Shown in pieces: positions 27,836 to 37,204 of a DNA stretch of 58,920 bases. Made by a program: the position numbers and the translations under genes. Positions within the stretch are counted from its first letter, which is position 1. Each line of letters starts with the position of its first letter. The notes under the pieces were generated by a model that saw only the letters and a program-made list of their open reading frames with translations, was not told the DNA's origin and did not search any database. The DNA comes from Acidobacteriota bacterium (GTDB taxonomy: Bacteria; Acidobacteriota; Terriglobia; UBA7540): positions 1-58,920 of the forward strand of contig JARRJI010000009.1 of NCBI GenBank assembly GCA_037379595.1. Direction: 5' to 3'.

Positions 27836-30562
27836 ATGGCTCAAGGCACAACGACATCTTACAGGCTAAGGCTTAGACAGTGGGTGGTCATCCTGGTGCT
27901 GCCAATAGCGGTTCCATTTATGCTGACATGCAGCAACCAGCCGGCATTGCATGGCAAAGCCAAAGTCAACCAGTTGCTGAACAAAATGAGCTTGTCTGAA
28001 AAGATCAAGATGGTTCATGGCGTAAAAGAAGATCCAGCCACCTACCAGGGGCAAGCCGGCTATTTGGCTGGAAACGCTAACCTGGGCATTCCCGGGATGC
28101 GGCTGGCGGACGGGCCTCCGGGCGTGTTGACCCGGCACCGCTCCACGGCGCCAACCGCGACGATGGGGCTGGCGGCAACCTTCAGTCCGGAGGATGCGCG
28201 CTTGAATGGGGTCGTTATTGGCCGCGATGCCCGCGCTTTGGGGATTGATGTGTCCTTGCAACCGTTTATTAATATTTTTCGTGATCCGACCTGGGACCGC
28301 GCTTACAACCTCTATGGTGAAGATCCGTTGCTCGTCGGAGCGATAGGAGCCGCGGAGGCGCGTGGCATCCAGAGCCAGGGAGTTATGGCCCAGGCCAAGC
28401 ACTATGTTGCTTACAATGGCGGCGACAACGTGGTGGTGGGCCAACAGGCTTTGCACGAAATTTATGCGCAACCGTTTGCCGACACTGTAAAGGCCGGCGT
28501 GGCCTCCATCATGTGCTCGTATAACCAGGTCAATGGAGCCTATGCCTGCGGCAATCCGAACACCTTGAAGACTGTGTTGAAACAGGAAATCGCGTTCAAC
28601 GGTTTTGTTACCTCCGACTGGGGCGCGACTCACGCCACCACTTTTGTGAATGACGGCTTGGATCTGGAGATGCCGGGCACGGGAATTCCGTTCTTGCCCT
28701 GCTATTTCTGCGCCACGGTCCCGCCTCCTCCCCCAGCGGAACGCAGGAGGCAGGCCGCGAGCATGTTTTTCTCCTCGCACATTCCCGAAGAGCCACCGCG
28801 ACATTTCAACTTCGGCGGATTTCTTCACATGGCGCGGCCGGAAGGCATGCTTGCGGCAATCAAGGCAGGCAAGGTGAAGCCGGAGCAGATTACGGCGGCG
28901 GCGCGCCGAATTTTGCTGCAGGAGGACCGCTTCGGATGGCTGAACGGAAAGGTGAAACACAACGTCACGACAGTGCCATTTGATGAGGACGTGAAGATCG
29001 TGCAGAAGACGGCGGAAGACGCAGCTGTTCTGCTGAAAAACCAGGATCATGCCTTGCCCCTGACTCCGCAGGACCTGAAATCGCTGGCGCTGATCGGGCC
29101 TGGCGCGGGCCAAACCATTACCATTGGCGAGTCGGGCGAGAAAGCCTTGGGCTTTCCCAGCCGGGACCTAGGCCCTTTGGCTGCGTTGAAGCAAGCCACG
29201 GCGAGTGTGGCCGACCGGCACATTACCTATGCCGTGGCCGATGATATGACCGGAAGCCCCATTCCTGCTGGCCGCCTCTCCAACGACGGGCACCCCGGAT
29301 TGCTACGGGAAGATGCGCACGGGAACAAGGCGGGGGTCGATCCGATTTTGGATTTCACCGAAAAGAATGGAAACGCTCTGCCCACCAAAAGCAGCTTCAG
29401 CTGGCGCGGTAACCTGAACATTCCCAGCACGGGAGAGTACTGGATTTATGTGCAGCTGATGGGCTGCTCCGCACAACTCAAGATTGATGGCAAACTGCAA
29501 GCGCGCAGTGCCGGGTTGTTGGTTCACGGTGATTATATCCAGGCCGCACAGGACAATGTTCTTCCGACCACCGACAACCTGGACAACGTACGGGTCGCGC
29601 TGCACCTGACCGCCGGGAATCATCCCCTCCTGCTGACCGAGCAGGGCGACGCGTCAGGACGGCCCGTGCAGATCAGACTGAGCTGGATGACGCCACAGCA
29701 GCGTCAACTCGACTACCAGGCGGCCTTGCGAGCTGCGCGGCAAGCGAAAACCGTCGTGGTGTTTGCCTGGGGTCGGGGACGGCCGGATTTTGCGTTGCCG
29801 GGCGATCAGGATAAGTTGATCTCGGCCATTGCAAAGATCAATCCCAACACCATCGTCGTGCTCAATACCAGCCAGCCGTCCGCGCTGCCGTGGCTGAAGC
29901 AGGTGAAAGCCGTGCTGGAAATGTGGTACCCCGGCGACGGGGGAGGGGTCGCTACCGCGAATGTGCTCCTGGGACGCAACAACCCGGCGGGGCGCCTGCC
30001 CTTCACTTGGGCAAAGCGCCTGGATCAATACGTTTCCCACGATCCCGCGCATCCGGAGCGCAGTTCGAAAGGCGTTGACGGCGTTACCAAATTTTCAGAG
30101 GGAATCTTTGTCGGTTATCGATGGTTCGACCACAAGGATATCCAACCGCTCTTCCCGTTTGGCTATGGGCTCTCTTATACCAAGTTCCGTTATTCGAATC
30201 TTAAGACTGAACCAGCGGACGACGGTGGATTGGTCGTTCGCTTTTCGGTCCAGAACATCGGAAAGGCTTACGGCGATGATGTGCCGCAGGTCTATCTGGG
30301 AGCACCCGAAAAGCCGCCTTCCGGCGCGCAGTTTGCGGTGCGGGCGTTGGCGGGTTTTGACCGGATTGGGTTGCAGCCCGGGCAGAGCCGGGTGGGTGAG
30401 ATTCACGTGCCCTCGCGGCAGTTGCAGTACTGGTCTGATACGACTAACAGCTGGGAGACAGCTAAAGGCAGCCGGATCGTGTACGTCGGCTCATCGTCGC
30501 GCGATCTGTTGCTGCACCAGCAGATCACGGTTCCGTTAAAGCCTGCACCGCAGGCTCGCTGA
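27836..30562 (+). CDS. glycoside hydrolase family 3 beta-glucosidase with inserted PA14 domain
   Basis: ATG 27836 after GGGAGG. GH3 N-domain (KMVHGV..., GFVTSDWGA nucleophile region), PA14-like segment (FSWRGNLNIPSTGEYWIYVQLMGCSAQLKIDGKL) and C-terminal Fn3-like part. Confidence 0.85.
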   Translation: MAQGTTTSYRLRLRQWVVILVLPIAVPFMLTCSNQPALHGKAKVNQLLNKMSLSEKIKMVHGVKEDPATYQGQAGYLAGNANLGIPGMRLADGPPGVLTRHRSTAPTATMGLAATFSPEDARLNGVVIGRDARALGIDVSLQPFINIFRDPTWDRAYNLYGEDPLLVGAIGAAEARGIQSQGVMAQAKHYVAYNGGDNVVVGQQALHEIYAQPFADTVKAGVASIMCSYNQVNGAYACGNPNTLKTVLKQEIAFNGFVTSDWGATHATTFVNDGLDLEMPGTGIPFLPCYFCATVPPPPPAERRRQAASMFFSSHIPEEPPRHFNFGGFLHMARPEGMLAAIKAGKVKPEQITAAARRILLQEDRFGWLNGKVKHNVTTVPFDEDVKIVQKTAEDAAVLLKNQDHALPLTPQDLKSLALIGPGAGQTITIGESGEKALGFPSRDLGPLAALKQATASVADRHITYAVADDMTGSPIPAGRLSNDGHPGLLREDAHGNKAGVDPILDFTEKNGNALPTKSSFSWRGNLNIPSTGEYWIYVQLMGCSAQLKIDGKLQARSAGLLVHGDYIQAAQDNVLPTTDNLDNVRVALHLTAGNHPLLLTEQGDASGRPVQIRLSWMTPQQRQLDYQAALRAARQAKTVVVFAWGRGRPDFALPGDQDKLISAIAKINPNTIVVLNTSQPSALPWLKQVKAVLEMWYPGDGGGVATANVLLGRNNPAGRLPFTWAKRLDQYVSHDPAHPERSSKGVDGVTKFSEGIFVGYRWFDHKDIQPLFPFGYGLSYTKFRYSNLKTEPADDGGLVVRFSVQNIGKAYGDDVPQVYLGAPEKPPSGAQFAVRALAGFDRIGLQPGQSRVGEIHVPSRQLQYWSDTTNSWETAKGSRIVYVGSSSRDLLLHQQITVPLKPAPQAR

Positions 30563-30789
30563 GAGAGCAGGTTTTACCGCGTCGCGCACGCTCGACAGGG
30601 CAGTGGACTGACCGGACGCCGGCTCGCGGGGTTTACGTTCTTGTAGGTGCAGACCCTTGCGTCTGACGTCTGTTCGAACCCATGTCCTTGAAGAGCTCTG
30701 CACACGTTTACGCCGCATGTGGTCCGTTGGAATCAATCCCACATGCATCGAGCGCCGGAAAGTAATATAATCTGTTGAAGTAAGGTGCT

Positions 30790-32193
30790 ATGAAATCTTT
30801 ACTTCTGGCGCTGGCGATTGTTCTTGGTGCTCCAGGACCGCGGCTCTTCCAAATGAAGGACAGCCCTAGGGAGTGTGCGGGCAACGTCCCCTCAAAAGGC
30901 ACTGAAGTCTACACGAAGCAGGCGGCTCTAATAAACGCCGACGCGGTCTTCCAACCCAGTGACGAGAAGTCAGGAGCTTCCCGACATGTGAGCCGAAACA
31001 GGGAGGCCGTTAATTCTGAGCAAGGCTGGGAACTAGCTTCGGCTTTCCCCCGTGGGAACCAGGGTGGAAATGATTCGTCCGGCACCAATGTTTCCAACCG
31101 CCCTGAAAAGCCTGCGGCGCCAAGGGCTATCTTTGACCAAGCGGAAAAGGCCTTGCGTGAGGGCCGGTATAAGCAGGCGGAAGCCGGTTTTCGGCGGGTG
31201 CTGAAGACTCAGCCCCGACTGGTGCCGGCGTACATTGATCTCGGAGTGATTTGCCTGCGTACACGAAGGTTCGACGAAGCGATCCATTATTTCCAGACCG
31301 CTCGGAGGCTCGCGCCAAACGTTGCCGGCCTGAACCTGGATCTTGGGCTGGCCTATTATCAGAAGACGGATTTTCAAGATGCCATACCGGCATTTGCGGC
31401 GGTGCTGAAAGCTCAACCGGACAACCTGCAGGCCGAATATCTGGCAGGCCTGTGCCACTTTATGCTGAACCAATTCCAGCAAGCCGTGGAATTGCTCCAA
31501 CCGCTCTGGGACAAAGAAAACAAGAATCTGGACTATCTCTTTATCCTGGGCATTTCGTACGGCAAACTGAAGCGCACGGAGGAGTGCAACAAAGTCTTCG
31601 GACAGCTTGTCCAGGTGGGGGGCGACAGCCCTCATTTCCATCTTCTCCTGGGAAGAGCTTACGAGGGACTTTACTGGAATGTACCGGCGCGCAAGGAATT
31701 GGAGAAAGCGGTGAAAGGCGATCCCAAGCTGCCGGAAGCGCATTATTACCTCGGGATTGTCGAGATGCGGCTGGGAAACCTGAAGGAGGCCGCCCGGGAT
31801 TTCGATGCCGAGATCGCGATCGATCCGGATGCTCCCTGGGGCTACCAGAAGCGCGGCGATGTGGATCTCCAGCTAAATGATGTCGAGCACGCGATTCAAG
31901 CTTTTCGAGAGGCCCTCAAGCGAAATCCCAATCTGCCGGAATCGCTCGACGGCCTCGGGAAGGTGTACTTCAAACAGAAGAAATTCGCACTGGCTCTCCA
32001 CTATTATCAGAAGGCCGAGGCGCTTGCTCCGAAAAAGGCTGATTACCACTACCAACTGGGACAGGCCTACTTGAAACTCGGCAACAAAGCCGCCGCCCAC
32101 CGCGAGTTTGCCGTCACACAGAAGTTGCAGGCCGCCCAACTTCAGCATCAGCAGAACACCATGCAGTCTCTCCATCCATCCGCTACACGCTGA
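30790..32193 (+). CDS. TPR-repeat protein, paralogue of 40921..42132
   Basis: Signal-like N-terminus. Alignable by eye over its whole TPR region with the 40921 protein (e.g. NLDYLFILGISYGKLKRTEE vs LNYLFILGISYGKLKRNDE). Confidence 0.8.
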   Translation: MKSLLLALAIVLGAPGPRLFQMKDSPRECAGNVPSKGTEVYTKQAALINADAVFQPSDEKSGASRHVSRNREAVNSEQGWELASAFPRGNQGGNDSSGTNVSNRPEKPAAPRAIFDQAEKALREGRYKQAEAGFRRVLKTQPRLVPAYIDLGVICLRTRRFDEAIHYFQTARRLAPNVAGLNLDLGLAYYQKTDFQDAIPAFAAVLKAQPDNLQAEYLAGLCHFMLNQFQQAVELLQPLWDKENKNLDYLFILGISYGKLKRTEECNKVFGQLVQVGGDSPHFHLLLGRAYEGLYWNVPARKELEKAVKGDPKLPEAHYYLGIVEMRLGNLKEAARDFDAEIAIDPDAPWGYQKRGDVDLQLNDVEHAIQAFREALKRNPNLPESLDGLGKVYFKQKKFALALHYYQKAEALAPKKADYHYQLGQAYLKLGNKAAAHREFAVTQKLQAAQLQHQQNTMQSLHPSATR

Positions 32194-32250
32194 AGTAGTT
32201 TCGGAACGTTCGGCTGCGGCAGGCACAAGCGTGCCTGCAAGGCGCTAGCC

Positions 32251-32467
32251 GGTTGTTGAAAAGTGCTTCGAAACAGTGTCATCCCGAGCCCGTTCGCCCT
32301 CCACTTGCGGACGACCCTGAACGAAGTGAAGGGGCTCAGGATAAACTTCGCGAGGAATCTCGCCTTGTAATCACAGGACTTACGAGATTCCTCGTCGCCT
32401 TCGGCTCCGCTCAGGGCAGGCTCTTCGGCTCCTCGGAATGACACGTTGTAAGAGTTTTTCAACAACC
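32251..32467. repeat. MITE-like palindromic element with about 36-bp terminal inverted repeats
   Basis: Left end ggttgttgaaaagtgcttcgaaacagtgtcatcccgag versus the reverse complement of the right end, ggttgttgaaaaactcttacaacgtgtcattccgag. Central perfect 12-bp inverted repeat cgaggaatctcg/cgagattcctcg. Sits between convergent genes. Confidence 0.5.
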
Positions 32468-32601
32468 TGCTGGAAGTATCGCCTTACGTGTGCCTGCGTG
32501 TTTGGGCAGGCTAGGGTTGAGTCCGCGCTGAGGTAGCAGAACATGATCTATAGCTAGAGCCGCTCGGAAGCAGTGAGAGTCTTTAGGGTGCCAGCGCCGT
32601 T

Positions 32602-35600
32602 TCACCATTTGATCTGAAGCCCCAATTGCATGATGCGCGGATCATAGGCTCCATTGACCTCGCCGTTGCCGATGTCATTGGTCGAGCTATTGCAGGTCTG
32701 ACCGAAGTTGTCCAGCCCGCTGCAGCCTGCACTAAAGCCTGTCCAAGACGGATGGTTGAATGTGTTGAACGTCTCCAATCGGAACTGGATCCCGCCTGCT
32801 TCACCGAACTGCGGTACCTTCCAGTTCTTGATCAGGGCGAGGTCGGTGTCATTGCGTCCGGGTCCGGTGAGCGCGTTGCGTCCCAGGTAGCCGAACATCC
32901 CCGGCTCGCCGTTAGCGTAAAGTTGAGATTGAAGCGGCTGGGCGATGACACCCGGGTTGAACCATGTGGGCGTGGGCCCATAGGTCGGGTCATTGTATGT
33001 CCCTTTGTGGATCGCCAGCTTGCCCACCGAGTTGCACATGAGGCCGCCGCCGATGCCGGTGGAATAGTTGTTGACGCCACAGAGGATGTTGACGGGCGTG
33101 CCGGTAAAGAAAGTGGTGATGCCACTGACTTCCCAGCCTCCCAGCGCTCCTCGGACAAACCAGTTCCCGGTCTTCTTGAAGAACGGCAAGTAGTAGATGT
33201 AACTGGCGGTGAAGACCTGAGCCCGGTTCAGGTCTGAGGTGGCGTACCACCGGGTGAAGTTAGTCGGATTAACACCGCGGGTGTTGTTGGTATAGGTTGA
33301 ACTGGCATTGTCGAGACTGTGGGCCCAGGTGTAAGCGACCTGCGCCGTCAAGCCGTGGGCGAAGCTATGGCGGTAACTGGCCTGGAGTGCATTGTAGTTT
33401 GAAACTGCAATGTCGGCCTTGGTGTTGATGCCGCTGTAGCCTCGGTACGGCTGGAAGAAGACGCCGGTTCCCGCCTCGTGAATCAGGTAGTTCTGCACGT
33501 CGCAGTTGCCGCTGGCGTCGCAAACCTGGCTGCCGTCATTGCCCGTCTTCCCCGCCAGCACCGGCACATTTACCGTACCCATGCCCGTGGGAACCATGTT
33601 GGATTGGTAGCCCATTGCCAGATGGCGTCCCTGCATGCCGGTGTAAGCCAGGGTGAAGAGGTCGTTGTTGCCTACTTGATGCTCGACGCTCAAGCTGAAT
33701 TGCTGCTCGCTGGGCCACTTCTGGTGGGTTGGCCAGTTGGTGTACCCCGCGGGCGGAATGGACGTCGTGTAAAAGCCAGTCGACGGATCGAAGATCGCGC
33801 CAAGATGCTGTTCTTGCAGGTTGGCGGCCGTCAGGCCCAGAGTGGTGGGCGGATTGCCTTCGCCGCCTTCCGACTCCGCCTCGTTGCCGTTCCCGATTTC
33901 GTAAAAGATACCGTAACCGCCGCGAATGGAGGTGTTATGCCCCAGGCGATAAGCAAAACCAAAACGCGGCGCAAAGTTCTTGAAGGTATTGTACTGGCAG
34001 CCGGGAGGTATACCCTTGCTGCCGCACTCCACCAGGCCGTTGCCAAAGTCCGTCGGCAATGCGCCCGTGCCCTGGATCAGGTTGCCGTTCGCGTCGTACT
34101 GGGCCTCGGCTGAAGGATTGTACAACGAAGGGATGAAGCCCGAATCGACGGTCGGCTTGGTGATATCGCGGATGTGCTGGAAGAGGTAATAGCGCAACCC
34201 GAGGTTGAGGGTCAGCTTGCTCGAGACGTGCCAGTCATCCTCGACATACGGTTCGAAGTCCGAGTAGGTCCAGTGGCCTTTCGCATTGCCGCCGACTGGA
34301 AGGCCGTTGAAGGTTTGGGTTCCCTCAGTGTAGGAGTTCATTTGTCCGATGAACAAATCGGCCAGGGCGTTTTGGGTGCTGCCGGGCTGGCCGCTCCAAA
34401 AATCGAGCTCGCCTTGAGGCGCCGTCCCAAACGTCTCGTTCTTGTGATAGTCCTCGTAGTAAGCACCGACCTTCAGAACATGGTTGCCGTGGACCCATGT
34501 CACGTTGTCCTGGAGGTCCACAACTGGATTAGAGTTTGTCCACGGGTTGGCGGAGTAGGCAGCTTCATAGAAGCAGAATTGAGTTCCGCCACAGACCGCC
34601 AGATTAGGCAGGAGCGGGTTGCCGGAGTTCGGCGGGAAGAAGTGGGCCAGGCTGAAGTTGGAGTAATCGGACCGAAAAATTCCCTGGGAACTCCCGCCGG
34701 CTTTGTTATTCAGGGTAATCCAGTCCGCGGTGTAGCCGGCGATGAACTCATTCATCAGGGTCGGGGTGAAGTTGTTGGTGATGTTCAACACCGCGCTCTT
34801 GCCCGGGCCGTCGAAGGGAGTTGTTACCGTATCGTAGCTGGACCAACCCCAGAGGGTAGGAACAGAGACGGTGTTCCAGGAGTCATGGGTGAAACGAACA
34901 AAGACACGCGTCTTGTCGCCGAGGTTCTGGTCCACCCGGATCTGGTCCTCGCGCCAGTTCGTGGCCGAGGGCGCAGAAACGGTAAAGCCGACGGGGCCGC
35001 TGTTCGGTAGCGGAACGTAAGCGTTCAGGAAGGCCTGGGCGTTGGCCATCGCTTGATCCCGGCCCGCCTGGGTTGTGTTCAGGATTGCACTCGTGGGGAT
35101 TGAATTGACGTTGTCATATGTTACCCCGTTGAGAGTCGGCAGAACGCAACTGTTGGCAACGACTTTGTCGTAATTCAACGAACCCGGATCGCATTGGCTG
35201 AAATCGCCTTGGCGCTCGGCCGCCGTTGGTACACTGCTAGAAATGACGCTGCTGCCGCGGATCTTGCGCCAGTCTTCCGACCAGAAGAAGAACGTTTTAT
35301 CTTTCTTGGTGTTGTAGAGGCCGGGGATATAGAAGGGCCCGCCAAGCGTGAAGCCGTACTCGTTCTGCTTGAGGGGCGCACGCTTCGGCGGTGTGCCGCT
35401 CGTGTCATTGCGGTTTATGAACCAGTTTTGGGCGTCAAGAACGTCATTGCGGAGGTACTCGGAGACGTTGCCATGGAACTTGTTGGTTCCGGACTTGGTG
35501 ACGACGTCAATCTGGGCGCCCGAGTGGTGGCCGTATTCCGCGCCGTAATTGGAAGTGGAAATACGGAATTCCGCGATACTGTCGAGGTTCGGGTAAGTAT

Positions 35601-36240
35601 TAAACGTGCTCGCGGAGCCTTCGTCGGTGTTGGGCGCGCCGTCTACCGTCCAGTTGTTGTACTGCGTGCGGCTGCCGTTGAAGGAGATGTTGTTATTGGC
35701 CATGACACCGACCGTTTGCGTGCTGAGGCCGACAGGCGTGGCGCCAGGAACCAGCAGCGCCAGCCGCACAAAGTTGCGGCCGTTGATTTCGAGTTGCGAA
35801 ATCTGTTGTCCGGTGATCACATTGGACATGGAGGCTGTCTCTGTCTGAACGTGCAGCACGTTGCCTTGTACGGTGACTTGCTGCGTGACGCCACCAACCT
35901 TCATAACTGCGTCCACGCGCTGCGTTTGGCCTGTAGTCAGCGTAATGCCACTGTGGACGACCTTCATGAACCCTTTTGCATTAAAGGTGATTGTGTAGGT
36001 GCCGATAGGCACGGAGTTAATCGCGTATGAACCGGTCGTGCCGGTTACAAGATTGCGGACGAAACCTTTGGAAGGTTCCTGCACGGTGACTTTTGCTCCA
36101 GGGATAACCGCTCCCGAAGAGTCCCGTACCGTTCCCACAATGTTAGCCGTGCCATACTGCCCGGCTGCATTGATCGCCGCCGCCGCGATGGCAAGGAAAA
36201 GCACTCCTAGCCATCGAGCAAGCCTGGACTTACTAGGCAT
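32602..36240 (-). CDS. TonB-dependent receptor with N-terminal carboxypeptidase-regulatory-like domain
   Basis: 1212 aa with signal peptide. CarboxypepD_reg-like N-terminus, long beta-barrel, terminal ...IQFRLETFNTFNHPSW...MQLGLQIKW. Confidence 0.9.
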   Translation of the reverse strand: MPSKSRLARWLGVLFLAIAAAAINAAGQYGTANIVGTVRDSSGAVIPGAKVTVQEPSKGFVRNLVTGTTGSYAINSVPIGTYTITFNAKGFMKVVHSGITLTTGQTQRVDAVMKVGGVTQQVTVQGNVLHVQTETASMSNVITGQQISQLEINGRNFVRLALLVPGATPVGLSTQTVGVMANNNISFNGSRTQYNNWTVDGAPNTDEGSASTFNTYPNLDSIAEFRISTSNYGAEYGHHSGAQIDVVTKSGTNKFHGNVSEYLRNDVLDAQNWFINRNDTSGTPPKRAPLKQNEYGFTLGGPFYIPGLYNTKKDKTFFFWSEDWRKIRGSSVISSSVPTAAERQGDFSQCDPGSLNYDKVVANSCVLPTLNGVTYDNVNSIPTSAILNTTQAGRDQAMANAQAFLNAYVPLPNSGPVGFTVSAPSATNWREDQIRVDQNLGDKTRVFVRFTHDSWNTVSVPTLWGWSSYDTVTTPFDGPGKSAVLNITNNFTPTLMNEFIAGYTADWITLNNKAGGSSQGIFRSDYSNFSLAHFFPPNSGNPLLPNLAVCGGTQFCFYEAAYSANPWTNSNPVVDLQDNVTWVHGNHVLKVGAYYEDYHKNETFGTAPQGELDFWSGQPGSTQNALADLFIGQMNSYTEGTQTFNGLPVGGNAKGHWTYSDFEPYVEDDWHVSSKLTLNLGLRYYLFQHIRDITKPTVDSGFIPSLYNPSAEAQYDANGNLIQGTGALPTDFGNGLVECGSKGIPPGCQYNTFKNFAPRFGFAYRLGHNTSIRGGYGIFYEIGNGNEAESEGGEGNPPTTLGLTAANLQEQHLGAIFDPSTGFYTTSIPPAGYTNWPTHQKWPSEQQFSLSVEHQVGNNDLFTLAYTGMQGRHLAMGYQSNMVPTGMGTVNVPVLAGKTGNDGSQVCDASGNCDVQNYLIHEAGTGVFFQPYRGYSGINTKADIAVSNYNALQASYRHSFAHGLTAQVAYTWAHSLDNASSTYTNNTRGVNPTNFTRWYATSDLNRAQVFTASYIYYLPFFKKTGNWFVRGALGGWEVSGITTFFTGTPVNILCGVNNYSTGIGGGLMCNSVGKLAIHKGTYNDPTYGPTPTWFNPGVIAQPLQSQLYANGEPGMFGYLGRNALTGPGRNDTDLALIKNWKVPQFGEAGGIQFRLETFNTFNHPSWTGFSAGCSGLDNFGQTCNSSTNDIGNGEVNGAYDPRIMQLGLQIKW

Positions 36241-37204
36241 AATTCCCTCCTTTTGAAATGAGTAGACCCGCGATGATCCGACGAAGAAATGCTAAAGATA
36301 AAGATAATGACAGTGAACCGTTAATGACCCGACCAAAAACAACACAAACCACCTTTGCCAAGCTACTTAACGGTAGGGCTCTGTGGTCCGCTAAACAGAT
36401 TCTGTGCCCCCCCTTTTTAAGGAGGCCAGACAATTTCGTATTCCCGACACGACTACTCGGCGTATATTGCTACCACACGTCCAGTAGACAGTCAAGCAAT
36501 TTTATATTACTTACTTTCATTTTTTTGTCATACCTTACATGCATCGTTTCCCAGGAGTGCCAGGTAAACCCTCTAGTTCGCCTTTTTGCGGCATGTTTTC
36601 GCATCCCGAGTGAGGCTGCAAAGGTGACTATGCCCGGGACCGAAGAGGACCCGATGTCGTGCTGCGACGAGCCATGCAGGGGGAGAGTTGTGATGCCGGC
36701 ATTCTGGCTTGAATTTTTGGGAAACGGAGATGGGCGCCGCCGTGGAAAGTAATTTGCGGTACTCTGACCTTTCGAAATCTATCGATAGCTTTAGCTTTCT
36801 TTGCAAGTCCAAACCCGCCAGACGTCTTCTTGTGTCGACGTATTGACCAGCGACTGACGATTACATTTCAGTCACTAACGACTTCTTTCGACGTTTTTCA
36901 TTGACAAACACCGGAAGTAATGATATTCGTTTAACATACTATTTATAAAGCCCATTAGTCCAGACGAGAGTCTAATTAGCCGCCTTATTGTTGATGTATT
37001 ACCTGGGGACAGACAAGCCAGTGGCCTTTTGGGGCGTGCTGGTACTGGGTGTGCATGTGAAGTTCGACCTGGTTTGGCGATAATTCTCAATTGAGCCTCC
37101 AGGGCCGATCTCTCCAATGGTTAGGACGGCACCAGAAACTGTCTCTCAGGCTTCAAAAGTCGGGTCCAGTCTAATCTCACCAAAATCAATGGAGGACTTG
37201 AGGA

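Noticed and set aside
27866-29113. 415-aa minus-strand ORF
   Set aside because: Antisense shadow of the GH3 gene.
36258-36752. 164-aa ORF inside the TBDR divergent intergenic region
   Set aside because: AT-rich, no SD, implausible composition, and no motif.
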